A stretch of DNA of 52,612 bases, from positions 124,001 through 176,612 of the forward strand of contig JADIIX010000036.1 of NCBI GenBank assembly GCA_027604505.1, given 5' to 3'. The position numbers and the translations under genes were made by a program. Within the stretch, counting starts at the first letter, position 1. Every line of letters begins with the position of its first letter. Below the pieces are notes generated by a model that was not told the origin of the DNA, ran no database searches, and was given only the letters and a program-made list of their open reading frames with translations. This stretch comes from Gonapodya sp. JEL0774 (lineage: Eukaryota). This document shows, one piece after another, positions 24,408 through 37,450 of the stretch.

Positions 24408-24682
24408 GCACAGTTGTGTGTTAGCGCAAACTTGGAGGCCTGAAATGTATCAAGCCATTGGTGCTCTGTGAGCCTCTTGGTTAAACAAACTGAAATCTCC
24501 TAGTTCCGAATTGTCATGCATTATCATGGTCTTAAGATACTGATACGCTGGTGGAGAATGTTATATCTGTGTACAAACTCATTTCAGACGAGTTCACACT
24601 TCCGATTCCAACCAACAGGACCGTCATTTTGCCAAAACCCAAAGCATCGTGGGCGCGCGAGTGAGAGGTTCTCCAACCTCGA

Positions 24683-27600
24683 ATGGATGAACGGGAAGGC
24701 GCTGCAGGCTTGCCGATCGCAGGAGAAGGGGAGGGTCCTCTGGCGAAGACACGGCGGAAAAAGGCACGATCGGACGCGTCGCTGGACGATACTTCGAGCC
24801 AACAATACAATGAAAACTCGCTGGACTCTGTGCAACTGGAAGCTGACCACGATGTGGCGGGAAACGCGTCTGAAATTGTCACGAGGAAGGGGCGAAGGAA
24901 GAGCGGGGACGGGAGAGCAGGATCGGCGTCTACTTCGACGAGAGATCTGCGTGCCGAGGAAAATGCCGACGACCGGAGTCGCTCACCGGGGTCTATGTCA
25001 TCCTTGCAACAACTCGCCATGCGAGAGAATGACAGTGCCGACCCCAAGCCCTTACACCCTTCCTTACCGCCTCTGCCGGCACCTGCGACCTCGAAAATTC
25101 CACTACCGGGGATGACGCCAGTGTCGGCCTTGGCGGGAAGGGCTCGTCGTATGTCCCGACAGGCCCTCAACATATCGACAATGGAGACTGCCATCCCACC
25201 TGTTGTTTCGGTACAACCGGCGTTCTCCGCCCTTGTACAGCCGCTGTGAGCACCAAGCACGCACTGCTCTGTCCTGAACATGAGTTTCATTTAGCCTCAT
25301 TCTCTACCACAGCACACCAATTCCTCCAGAGCTATCGCCTCTTGAGCGGGCCCGTCTGCGTGTGCAGATGCGCAGAGCCAGTGCTGGGGCTGGGAATGCT
25401 GCCACGCTGTCAGGGTCCGCAGATGTTGCGGACGTTCTGGGTTACGAGGTTAGGGAGGTGAGCGAAACCTTTGACTTAACGTTTTACCCAGCCACTTCGA
25501 AAATGGAGGTGCTTCATGTCGTCAAAGTTCAGCACGGCAATCGCAAGTGTTGGAGAGTAGGGTGCCGCGGGTGAGGAATAGAGGAGAAAGTTGGTGAGGG
25601 CCGTGCCTCCTACAAGCTTTCAGAGTGGAAAAGATCCCACTGCACCTCCGAAAGATGGGCGTCATCTTTCCATCTGTCAAAGTGAGAACAGAGTCCAGCA
25701 ACGTGGATTTGGGTATCGAAAAGGCCAGGAACAGTCCATCCACCACTTTGGGCATCCCCTCTGGAGAGAGCTGTCGCGATTGGAGATATAACGTGACTCC
25801 GTTCCGTCATTAGGCAACCCACCCCGCCCCTCCACCTCGTGCCTCGACCCCAACCACCAGCGCCAGGTTGCCCCCACGCTCTCCAACACCTTTGGCGGAA
25901 CGACTCTATGCGTCCACCCACGAACTTTCTCACTCTACTCCTGTTCTGGCCGGCGCTCCGCATGAATCGCACTTCCCACCTGGTGCCCGTCCGTCTTTAA
26001 CTCCCGCTGCCATGCCTTTCGGAAGCAGAAGAAGAAAAGCCCGAGCTGCCGGCGCCGCTGTGGGAGGCGCCCCGACTGTAGGCGCTGGGGGATTGCCGGA
26101 AGTCGCAGAGACCAGTGCCGATAGTGTAGTGATACCTCAGGATGAAGATGAGGGACAGAAGGAATATGGAGGTGAGTGGAACACAGGGCGATTCGTTCGT
26201 TTATGTTCAGCTTAGTTCGTGTCAAATATTTCTCGCCATAAATTTCGCTTCACTTCCATGAAAGGGGACTTTGCCAATCTATCTATCCTCTCTGTGCCTC
26301 TCCCACCGACGTGCTTGATTCCCCCATTTAGACACCCCACCACATCCACCGCAGGGACAATGGCTGATCTCGTTCGCCCTTTGCCACCAGTTGCCTTACT
26401 TCCGATCGCCAGTGGTGAATCATGGGCGATGGAAAGAGAGGGAGAGGGTTTCTACGTCGGTAATGGTTTCGGAAGGGAGACAAGCGGGGTTCGAAAGAGC
26501 AATGTGTCGCGAACGCTCGCAAGAATGACAGCGTCAGGGTGGAGGTTTGTTCTTTTCTCCATTTTGCCGATTTTGTCTGAATCCCTATGACCGTTTAACT
26601 CCGAAAACACTTCGTCTGCCAGCCCCACCCCTCCCTTTCCAGCTCCATCTCCGCTTCTCCCGACATATATGCGCCCGCATTCTCTTCAAAAGAATCTCTG
26701 CACTGTCTCACCTTGTCTATCTACTGTTCCTGCCCCTCCATCGTCACCACTCCATAGCCACGTGACCACACCTCACACACCTTTGGTGCTGGTACTCGAC
26801 CTCCCACACGTGCAGTTTATTGATCATGAACTCATGTCCTCCGAACACATAGCAGCACGCATCCTTGTTTCCGCATCTGCCGAATTGCGGGATCAACGTC
26901 AGTCGAGCGCCGAAGAATGGCTTCGTGGCCGAGTAGAGGCCCTCCGAATACATTTGAAGGAAGTTGACGGTGAAGGAATGGACACTGCCCGTTTGAGAAT
27001 ATTGCAGGACCTCGAAATCGCGCGGACAGCGCTTCACGACGAGCGAGCTAGAACGAGGGAGCTCACTCACGCAGTCTTGAAGGCGTGGGAAGAAGTGAAA
27101 CGTATCCGCGTGGAGCAGGGATTTGTCGCTACTGGTGTGGGCATTTCTGTGAGGTTGGGGCCCGAACCTGGACAGAGGGAAATGGAAGAACGAGACCGCG
27201 AACTCGAAGACGAGGTAGAAGAGCGCCGCTTCCGGTGGGAGGCAGATCGAGACGCCCGGATGAGACGATTTAGGAAGCGTGTTGCAAAGTACGAAGGCAC
27301 GAAAGTATCACAGGATGGCTTAACCTCGCTTGGGTCAGTGGCATCTATAGGTGGTTCTGAAAATCAGCTCCCGCATCGCACTCCTAAACCCCCGCGATTG
27401 GATCCATTTGATGAGGTACTGGTAAGAGGATTGGTTCTAAACCTTCTGGAGAGAGGGGGGACGGGAGCAAGGCAGTTGGACGTGCGGGTATCGGAGAAAG
27501 GTGAGGTAACACCCGTGGGGAAGTGCCCAAAAGTGAGTTTCCAACAGTCCTCTAGCAAAATTATCATTGTGTAAAGCAACTTCTCGCAGCATGAGCAAGT

Positions 27601-30600
27601 CCGCCGCAATCGTCTCTTCACCTCTCATCGTGTGCAGTTGCGGGTGGTATGTAATGGAAAGCGTGTCGCAGCGTCACCGGAGAGGAGCATAACGGGAGCT
27701 ACCTTTGGAGTGGACTTTTTGGGAGCAACTCCGGTGAGAAATGGGAGTACGTATGGAGGATTGATGACCGACAGAAAAGTTGGAGTGGACGGTCGAGGAT
27801 CTTCGACTGCCCCGGAGGATGCGGAAGAAGAAAGGTCGAAGAATACACAGGACTCCTTGAATGCAGCTGGATGGGTCGTGGTTATGCAACTTACGGAGGT
27901 GCCCGCCTCACTGGCTCTGGAGATTGTGGAAGCAGGAAGCGTAGTTGGACAAGTTGAGCTGCCTGTGCCTGGACCAAATGAGACAGTCGGGAACGTGGAT
28001 GCGGAAGGAAGACGAATCGGGTTTGTTGGTGGGAAGATCCCGTTAGCCTCTGGAAAGACAAGAGTGGAGAGGCGGGTGACAGGGGAGGTGATCGCGAAAG
28101 TGATGTGGGGTGTGGGAAGGAATGGGGAATCTTTAGGACCTGGAACGAGACAAAGGATTGCGTGGTTGGATAGTTGGGATGTTGACGATGTGGAAGGCTT
28201 GAAATCAGCTGGTATGGTCAGGAGCAGAGTCGGAATATACAATATTCGGAAGCTAGTGGTGAGCTGGCAATAATTCTCCAGGTCAAAACTAGTGTCATGT
28301 TCAATTCCTTGGTGTGACTGATAGGAGTGGGTGTCGCACTTGAGGCTAGACCCGAACAACCCTCTTACGCGCGACCTCGTTCACCTCCGCGACCTTGTCA
28401 CCTCGTCCAATCCCACTGTTGGGGCGAATCCCGATCTAGCCTCTGCGGTTGCGTACTGGATCAAGCGTCGATTCTTCAGGTTGTGTCTGCCAACTCAGCT
28501 GGAGAGGCTAACTATTACTGTGGGAGCCGAATGGATTGCCGCGAAAAGGATCGAACTTTGCAAGTTGAGATGGAGGAATCGGGTGGTCGTGAAGGGTCCA
28601 TTGCCGGGATGGGATGACGCGGTCACTCCAGATGTGTGGGAAAAGGTCAAAGTAGAGATTGATGAGGAGAAAGAAGCGGTGAGAGTTCTTTTCGATTGGT
28701 TTGTTTCACCATGGAGCAGCGGTTGTAAATGAAGTGCTATTTGCTCTCGTCAATGCAGGCCGACGGTCATCAACGACGGATATCTACCCGCGATCAAGCG
28801 GCTCTGCCTCACTTGTCCACCAGTGTGCTCGAGCTCGCCACCTCCCGCTCTCATCTCGAAGCCTCGGTCTCCCCCCCTCCGTCTCCTATCTCGCAGATCT
28901 CTTTACTCAAGCGCGTTCGTGCTCATCATATATTCCGGCAAGCTCGCCTGAACCGCCCGTCGTGTGTTGGTGACTTTGTTCGAGAGGAGGTTTTGCCCCC
29001 TGCAGAACCACTCACCATTTCGCTCGCCAAGTACGTCCGCACAAGACGCCCTCTCAATCCAGAACGATTGGAAAGAGCGAAAGTTGCAATGCCGGATACT
29101 CCCAGCAAGTGCGAGCTTGTTGTGCAGATTCTTAGAGGATTCAACATTCCAGTGAGGAAAGAATCCAACACTAAAAAGTCATCAGGTGTGAACAATGGTG
29201 GTGCCAATGCGACAAACCGAGTGATGCCAAATGAAACTCAATCAACTTTGGTTCGACCTTACGTTGAGGTGCACTTTCAGCGGCACAGGGCACGTACGGT
29301 CGCGTGCGAGGGTCCAAATCCGCAATGGAATGAAACACTATCTCTGCCATTCATACCTTTCCAGAATGAATTCGTCCGTGAGAACTTACTCGAGACGGAG
29401 GCCTTGTTGGAGACAATTTACATTAACCTCTTCGACGAAGTCGTCGTGGATCTTACAGTCGACGAAAGGGACAAAGACAAGATCACACATCAACGGAGAG
29501 AAAAAAACTGGCTTGGCTCGGTTGCAGTGCCGTTTTCCTTTGTCTATGAGCAAATGCGGGTGCATGTCGGAAAGTTTTGATTATGAGACTACAGGCACCT
29601 TACTGACCACATCTTCTGTATCACTACTTTTGCAGGTTGACGGAGTTTTCCCGATTAAACTGCCCTTGGTGCTTCTCAATTACGAGAAGAATCGATCTGC
29701 TGCTCGGGAGAACGAAATCCTCATTGGTGTTGATGGCACATCTGAAACACTATTGCACCTATTTATCACTCTTGAGCCGCCACTTGCGAGACCAGAGCCC
29801 CTGAATCTGAAGTTTAGATCGGATGAATCGCCCAAAATCCTGGAGATGTGTGAGGCATGGAAGAGACGAGTTCGACAATCCTGGGGTTTGCTGCCGGATA
29901 ACAAAGGGGCTGGACGTAATATTGAGGTGTGTAGTAGCGCCAATTGTTCTAGGAAACCATGACGTAGTGCGGGCATTCACGTGCTGTTCGACGCAGACCA
30001 ACGCGCTGGATATATCTGGTCGCACAGTCCTTCTGCCTCGATACATACACCCACAGCAGCCCCCTCCCGAGCTCGAAACCATAATGAAGCTTGTGCGATA
30101 CGTTTCGTTAATACCCACCGTTCCGTCGGACATTTCTTTCATGTCTCGCACAGACATTGTGTGCACTTCAAAGGAATTTCTGGATGTTATGTGTGGTGAC
30201 AAAACAGAACACGCGATTCTTCTTTGCAATTTTTTTCAGAGTTGGGGCAGAGATTCTTACGTGGTCGTCGGAGAGGCGGTTCCGGAAGGACGTACAGCTT
30301 GGGTCCTCGTGGTGGACGACCGTGCATCAGACGCACGAGCATCCATGATCGGTGCTTTACCGGGGTCCCGAAAAGCATCGACGGTGGACGGGGGGCGAAA
30401 CCAACGCCCTGTGGGAACTCGTCTGTACAACCCCGTTACCGGCGAACTTTTTGAAACGTGGGAAGCCCACGGGGGCCTGCAGCGTGTGTCCTACCTATTC
30501 AATAACCAAAACGTGTGGGCTAATGTGCAGACGTACGACGATCCTCCGAGAATGTCGTGGAACTTGGCAGATGGAAAGAGCTGGAACCGGATGGTGGACG

Positions 30601-31208
30601 AGTCACAAGCCAAGAATAAATGGTTTGGAACAAACGATGGGAATAGGTTTTGGTGGGCGGGGTTGCCATCGTGGAAGGGCAAAGCGGAGTTCCGGACGAT
30701 TCAGGTGTGCATTTATTTCTGTCCGAATGTCAAGACCATGGTATTCAACTTTCTGCACCTTCCTCAGGCTTCCACGCTCAGTTACCCCTCCACGTATGCC
30801 TCGTTCCCACGTGACCTTGAAATTCTCCTTCATCGGACCCTTACCGCCAAATTCGAATCCTGGCGCTCGATCCGTTCCACAACGCGTTGGAACCGCCTCA
30901 TCTCACGGACACTGGGCACCTTCCTCCCAAAACTGGAAACTGATCATCTTTCGGGCACATCTTCAGGTGCAGCTGGTCTTCAGAGTGAAATTGACGGCTT
31001 GCAGAGAACAGCCGGGTACTTAGTCCGCGGCTTTACGTTGCAACAAGGTTGGGCAGACGTAAAGAGCGTCGTGGATGCAGTTTGGAACACTGGCTGCTGG
31101 GAATTCGATGAAGAAGGAGTAGAATTTGCGATGGCTGTTCATTGCGCGGGTTATCCGGGTGGTGTGGTTAGCGTGTGGGTCTTCGTGGCCAGCGTCTTGA
31201 GAAGATAG
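24683..31208 (+). CDS. CC2D2A: CC2D2A/MKS6 ciliary transition-zone protein (coiled coil, C2 domain, transglutaminase-like C-terminus), multi-exon
   Basis: EGFYVG, LDPNNP, LVVQILRGFNIPVR, VRPYVEVHFQ..RT..CEGPNPQWNETL.LPF, INLFDEV, WLG....PFS, EHAILLCNFF, NVWANVQ, EFAMAVHC..YPGGVVSVWVFVAS; exact N-terminal exons less certain. Confidence 0.92.
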
Positions 31209-31466
31209 GGTGTCAACAGTGGGCAAAGCTTTTACGCCAACTATTTATTACTTACTGCAATTTGACATAGCTAGTATTGAATTGAGTTATACGTGGTATA
31301 TGTATTGGCGTTCGTATTCAACCATCTGCTTGTACTTGTTCTGTTATGCATTTACCTCATGTACATGTCTCTGTTCTCCCAAATAAGCAAGAAAGATACG
31401 GACAGGAGAATAGTATTTCAAAGATCCTTTTAAGAATGATCAAGATCCTCCAGTTTAATATCCATA

Positions 31467-33924
31467 TTAATCCGCCCTGCTCTCCACCCTCCACCCCTCC
31501 ACCGCCGCAGTTGCGATTTTTGCGGCAAACCCGTTGACGGACACTTTTCCGGGATCTTGTGCCAATACGTGCGGATACGACAATCCGTACTGTCGTTTGT
31601 GTTGGTGTCGGAATTGTTGAACGGTTAAAGAGAGACGATCCTTCCTTGGCAGGGAGAAAATACTCACCCCCTCTACCTCCACGACTTCATATGAACCCCC
31701 TTCCACAACTACTAGATCGCCTTGCCGGATACTCCCCTGAGCTGTATTGCACAGGGTCAGAACCACAGGCTGTAGAGACGGATCGATGGTTATGAAGGAA
31801 CTAGGGTATGTTGGGGACCGGTTCAGGTCGTTGCTGATCATTCAACACCGGGCGTTAATAACCCACCTGCCAACGCCTCCAACTTGAGGCACGACTCCAA
31901 TAACCCTCAGGCCAACCTTCGCCTTCGCCTTGCCCTTTGCATCCTTTGCCTGCCCAAAAGTCCCTGCAACTCCGGGTAGGGGCGGCACCCCCTTACCTTT
32001 TCCCGTACCGACACTCCTCTCTCTTTCTTCAACTGCCCGAGCCCTTGCCAATCCTCCAGCCACGACTTCCCTCCACGCTAGTTCATGTGCAGAATCCGCC
32101 GGGTCCATCTGGGCGGCCTTCTTCAAGTCTCTCGCGGCCGATGCCGGTCTGCCGAGGTGAACGAGCACAGTTGCACGTGCAGCAAGATAAGTGGGGAGAG
32201 TGGAGGGCGGAGAAAGGAGGACAGCACGGTCGAGCGCGGCGAGAGATTTGGATAGGGATGACGAGTGTTCGCTGGCATGAAGGTGAAATGAAGTAAGGAG
32301 GTGAGTGGTTGCGAGGCCAGCTGTTTCGCGGTGATAAACGGTTTGCCGACGTTAAACCCCAAAACTTGGCAGACGTGAAATCTCCAAAGACGCCACCCAC
32401 CCCATGCCTCCGCACATCCCAAATCCATAGCTACGGCTTCCTTTGTCAACTTTAAGCTCCTAGCAAGCAAAGCATCCGCAGAAGCATCTTCCACGTCCAT
32501 TTCCAAATCCAAATCCGAATCGGGATCCACGCCAGCTGGAGTGGAGACGTTTACGGTGGGCGCGACGGTGGTGGGAGTGGGGGTGGACGGAGCGGAGCTT
32601 TTGTTCCCTGTCGTACTAATGCGGGTGCGAGAGGAAGGTTGCGCAGACTCGTTCGCTCGACATCTCGCTGCTGATGCCGTGGCGAGTTGGCGGAGTGCCA
32701 AGGCAAGCGCGCAGAGCGTTTGCGGAGTGCGAGACTGCAACGTGAGGTGGGACGGGAAGTAGTGAGATTCTGGTGGCAGGTACACTCTCTCATTTGCACC
32801 TTTACCACATGTCAGATGCAACAACAAACCACTATTCCAACTTCGATGGCAAGTACACAACCCCATCGTGTCATTTCACACCGGAACATGGCAAGAATAC
32901 CCACCGCATCAACTCCTCCAACCCAACACCTGATCGCCTCCTGCCGTTCCCCCATCTCCCAATATACCTCTGCCAGAGCACACCATGCATCTGATCTCGT
33001 CGGGTCCAGTTTCACGGATTTCGAGAGGTCGAGAAATGAGAGTTGCAGATGGGTGTTTTGGGGAGTGGACTGGGAGGAACTTGATAGAGGAAAGGACAAG
33101 GTGGCAAGAATAAACTGCAGCCGGCCGCGAACATAGTGGTACAAGGCCCGCTGTAAAGGTGTAAGCGTTGGGTCGAACGGTGGCGCAGACCAGAGGGGGT
33201 CTGGTGGTGGTAAGAAGGTTGAAACGCTAGCTAACGTGGTGGGAGCTGGTGGCGAAGTGAGAGGTTGCTGATTCTTGCGGGGTGAAGGTGAGCTGAGTGG
33301 GGACAGACTAGATAGAGGTTCTTTGGTAGAACGGCTAGCCGGGTATGCGGACGTTGGAGCAACGTGGGAACTTGGAAGCACAATGTTTGGTATATTCTCC
33401 TTCCCCGAGTGAACTTGCGCAGGAGGGGAACCTTGTCCGTTGGCCCTCTCGGCCTCAGCCCTCTTCTCTCTTCTCCGAGCGGCATACGGTTTGGTGAGCT
33501 CAGCAAGTCTCACGAGACACTTTTGTGCCGCAGAGGTCAGGTTTTGTGCACGGTCACGCGCAAGCGACGCAGATGCAGCGCGAACGCGGGCGAGTGCAGC
33601 ATCCCCGGCGAGCTGGGCGATGTGTGTGCGGTAGGGTTTCGGATCTGGTGCGAGGAGGATCTGGCGAGGGTTTGCAGGCGGAGCAGGTGGTGGAGGTGGT
33701 AAAGAGGACGCGCTTGGTGGAAAGAGGGAGAAGTAGGTGTCCCGGGCGGCGATGAGACCGTGGAGGAGGGAGAGGAGCTCTTGCGAGTGCTGGGAGAAAT
33801 CAAGAGATGGTGACGTGAAAGAGGGTGGTGCAGTGGGGACAGAGAAAGAGAAGGCGGTAGGTGGATTGGGGGGCGGAATGGAGAGCTCCGAGGGAACAGT
33901 GAGACGAGAAGAAGGGGAAAGCAT
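31467..33924 (-). CDS. TTC5: TTC5 (Strap)-like TPR protein with C-terminal OB-fold domain, multi-exon
   Basis: LLHGLIAARDTYFSLF (cf. TTC5 N-term L..L...RD.YF), DLSKSVKLDPTRSDAWCALAEVYWEMG, SLKLTKEAVAMD, NRHPYPDL-like TPR segment, C-term FITID...VVLTLCN...IRQGDLVVVE...SYPHV...P..VSVNG. Confidence 0.78.
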
Positions 33925-34698
33925 GACGAACTCTCTGGGGTTGAGAGACTGACGACCGAAAATACAAGCAGGTAGGCCAAAAGTGGGAGCTGACTGCGAA
34001 TGCGAGTCCGAGTCGAGAAGTATATATGTCGACAGTGCCGCAACGTGACGGAAGGACCCCTTTCCTTGAGCCAGCCCGCTTAGATTTCACGCTCCTACTA
34101 TCCCTGCGTTTCTGCTTTTGTGAAGATTTGCTACGCGAGTGCCGCCCTGCAAAACTACAACAAATCATTATACACTGAATCAACATCCACACGACCCCGC
34201 AAAACCAGGCCCACCTCTACCAGATTCTAAAGCGAGTAATCCACTCAGATTCTCTTTATACCCTATTTTCCCGCTTCCGGGTGTTTTCTGTCCCGTTTCC
34301 ACCTCAAATCACGTTGGGGCGTCAACCACGCTCTCGATGTCGACAGAGAGAGGCCAATACAGACCCTCGGTGACCTGGAAATTCGTTCGAGAGAAGTGAA
34401 ATCGGCTCGACTGCTACACGCCGTTCCCCGATTGTCGGTGTTTGAATCTTTTACTGTTCTGGGTGTTGGTCTGGGAGTTGTTCGAGTCACAGCACGGCGA
34501 GACCAGAACACCATTGGGTTAAATTGTGACTCAAAATATTTCGACAAATAGTTCTCGACGTTACAGCAACTGTCCAAAATATGCTCATTCACTGGTAATT
34601 ACAGCCTGACACTTTAAGGAGCCATGGGCTCGGGAGTTGTGCAGGAGCGCTGTGAGCCGATTACAAATATCAACAAGAACCCGCATCAACTCAAGCAA

Positions 34699-36356
34699 AT
34701 GGCGCCTGCTGTCCGCGATGTTTCGTCTGATGCCGATTTTGACAAAGAGCTTTCATCCGCAAAATCGAGACCTGTGAGCCCTCTCCAAGCACATATATTT
34801 ATCGCCAGATACATTCTGAACCAATTGCTGATTCCCTTCCGTCCCGCGTCAACAATGAAATCTAGGTTGTCGTTGACTTCTACGCTGACTGGTGCGGTAT
34901 GTGCTTCTACAGAGCGGTCCACGTTTACCCCAAAGCTTACTTCGCTCTTTGCTCGGCTGGGTCATTCATAAACTACACCTTTCGAGGACCGTGCAAATTC
35001 ATTTCACCCGAGTTTGAGCGCATGGCTCCCAAGGTATCTGTCAAACGGATGAACAGGGAGAGCTGTCGAGTACGGAATGCATTGAATGGCGGACCAGTAC
35101 AAGATAATACCCTAACCACAAAGCGTTCGGGTGGCCTTTTTTGAGGATAAATTATGGTGGAAAATGCGTGAATGGGAAAATGCGAGAATCGACTCTCGAG
35201 AGGTGTTGGAGGTTGGAGCAGTAATGAAGGTGCTTCCTAACCCTTCGAACCCGTTCCTCATCAATCACTTAGTACCCCGCGCTCGTCTTCCTCAAAGTTA
35301 ATGTTGACAACCTCCCCTCCACCTCCGCCCGCGCCTCCGTTCGCGCCATGCCCACGTTCGCCGTTTTCATACGTGGGAGCAAGGTAGACGAAGTCGTGGG
35401 AGCTGACAAGGGCGCCTTAGAAAGCATGGTCGCGAAGCACGCCAAAGCTGCGGGGCCCGCCGGTGGCCCCGGCTACTGGAATGAAATGTCAGGCGGTCGG
35501 AAGCTGGGCGGGGACACTTCTGCGGGAGAATCTAGTGGTACTAGCTCCGCAGACACGCCTTCCCCTGCCTCAGGCTCCATGCTCGGTGCCGCGGCGTCGC
35601 TCGTGGGATCGTTTTTAGGAAGTGTGGGTGGTTTGGCTGTGGGATCTGGTGCTGATGCGACAGCAGAAGAGAGGATTCCAGGAGGGTTCAGTGAGAATGC
35701 CGGAGGTAGCACCGTTGGAGAGGTGAGTTTATTCGTAGTGAATTTTATAGAGGGGTATACAGGACGGAACAATGTACCCTTCGAGTAGCCGTCGTGACTT
35801 GCTTGCCGTCCACGACTTGCGTCCAGACTGCGGGCGCTCAAGTGTTATATGAACTAACATCCCCTCCCCTCCACCCTCTCGATGTCGCACCTGCATCCCA
35901 TACTTTCCTTCCCCTGACCCCCAGTCTGCCTCCGCAGCTCCCTCCACCGCAACCATTACAACAACCTATGACGCACCTTGCTCTGCTCCTGGCCCTCAAA
36001 CTACCCTCGCCGTCCGTCTAGCAACAGGCGCGGTCATCACTGGCACATTCTCCACGCAGGACAAGATGGGCACAGTGGTGGAGTGGGTGGCTGGGAAGGT
36101 TGGCAAGAAGGTGGACGTGGGGACCACTTTCCCACGAAAGTGAGTACGATTTTGTATCCATGAAAAGTTTAAGTACTGATGCTTTTTGAAATTTATGTTG
36201 GATCGCGTTGTCCGACTCGCTTCCCCAACCCAAATTCTTCTCACCCCACCGACTTTCTTGTCATACACTGTCCATAGGAAGTACACTGGCGCACTACTGG
36301 ATAGAACACTTGCGGAAGAGGGACTGGCAAATCGGGGGCAGGTTGTGGTGATGTAG
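34699..36356 (+). CDS. Thioredoxin (WCGPC) fused to a C-terminal UBX/ubiquitin-like domain, 6 exons
   Basis: VVVDFYADWCG|PCKFISPEFERMAPK|YPALVFLKVNVD...VRAMPTF..F..G.KVDEVVGAD; Gly-rich linker containing GGRKLGG; C-term QTTLAVRLATGAVITGTFSTQDKMGTVVEWV...TTFPTK|KYT...DRTLAEEGLANRGQVVVM*. Confidence 0.85.
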
Positions 36357-36820
36357 CGGGCTCGGCCGCTGATGACGAGGGGACTGGTGTACGGCACCAT
36401 ACTGCCCGGTTTTGAATCCAGTGGAGCTTGCATTCAGCGGTATCAAGCGTACGCATGCTTAAGAGAGGTTACGTGGAGTATTCCTTGTTTAGGTTTTGAT
36501 GTGTATGGGGTACGGAGGATGACTTCTGGGAGCACTCTCTGAGTTGCAATAATAATTTTGGTCATGCTCCGGATTCACAAAGGTCAAGTAGCGAACCTGT
36601 AGCCATTCTGCATCCCGAGCAATTTGTGTTGGGTATTACGTAAAGTTTACGACATATTGGGCACGCGGACCCGGATCAGTCTCCCAACCAAGAACATCTG
36701 CCAAACCCAAAGTGTAGCTGAAGCGGAGAGTGACAAGCACAACCGCAAAACAGAACCGCTAATTGTCAGTCCATCTCATTCCATATCAATTCCAACTATT
36801 CTCACGCGCCAGTAACTCAA

Positions 36821-37450
36821 ATGGATACCCCATCTGCTGTTGACACCGTCTCCGTTACTGTGGCACCTTCTCCGCTGAAATTCGTGGTCGTTTTCGGCTC
36901 TATGCGTCGCGATCGCATTGGAATCCGCCTCGCACGATTCATCGTCGCACAGATCCGCAGTCGCGGGCACATCTGCACCCTCCTTGATGCGATGGAAGAA
37001 AATTTGCCGCTCTTGGACCGCATGTACAAGGAATATGCCAAAGGCACCGCGCCGGCGAATCTAGAACGCATTGCCGGTTTGCTCCGCGCAGCAGATGGGT
37101 TTGTCATCGTCGCTGGAGAGTACAATCACTCCATACAACCCGGCCTGTCCAACATCATCGATCACTTCCTTGAAGAGTGGTTTTGGCGACCCAGTGGCAT
37201 TGCCGCCTACTCTGCGGGTCAGTGGGGCGGGACTCGCGCCGCATCTCAGTTGCGAATGTTGCTTGGAGAGATCGGAACAGTGCCGGTACCAAGTGAGGTT
37301 CTCGTGCCGCACTGCGAGAAGCAGTTTGAGGAGGACGGGACGCCGAAAGCAGACGAATGGGGAAGGAGAGCGGGCAGATTTTTGAGCGAGTTAGAATGGT
37401 ACGCAAAAGCCTTGAGGACGGAGAGAGAGAAAGGGCCGACACCGTATTAG
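36821..37450 (+). CDS. NADPH-dependent FMN reductase (flavodoxin-like, ArsH/LOT6/YieF superfamily), intronless
   Basis: VFGSMRRDRIG, LPLLD, AADGFVIVAGEYNHSIQPGLSNIIDHF..EW..RP, YSAGQWGGTRAASQLR..L.E.G; single 209-aa ORF. Confidence 0.92.
   Translation: MDTPSAVDTVSVTVAPSPLKFVVVFGSMRRDRIGIRLARFIVAQIRSRGHICTLLDAMEENLPLLDRMYKEYAKGTAPANLERIAGLLRAADGFVIVAGEYNHSIQPGLSNIIDHFLEEWFWRPSGIAAYSAGQWGGTRAASQLRMLLGEIGTVPVPSEVLVPHCEKQFEEDGTPKADEWGRRAGRFLSELEWYAKALRTEREKGPTPY

Noticed and set aside
24532..25290. 252-aa antisense ORF over the CC2D2A 5' region (likewise 27625-28359, 22687-23277, 49619-50158)
   Set aside because: No recognisable motifs; these are shadow ORFs opposite real GC-rich coding exons
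23324..37450. Link between the ChrR-like cupin and the FMN reductase (chromate reductases are also named ChrR)
   Set aside because: Name coincidence between unrelated folds; the genes are 12 kb apart with unrelated genes between
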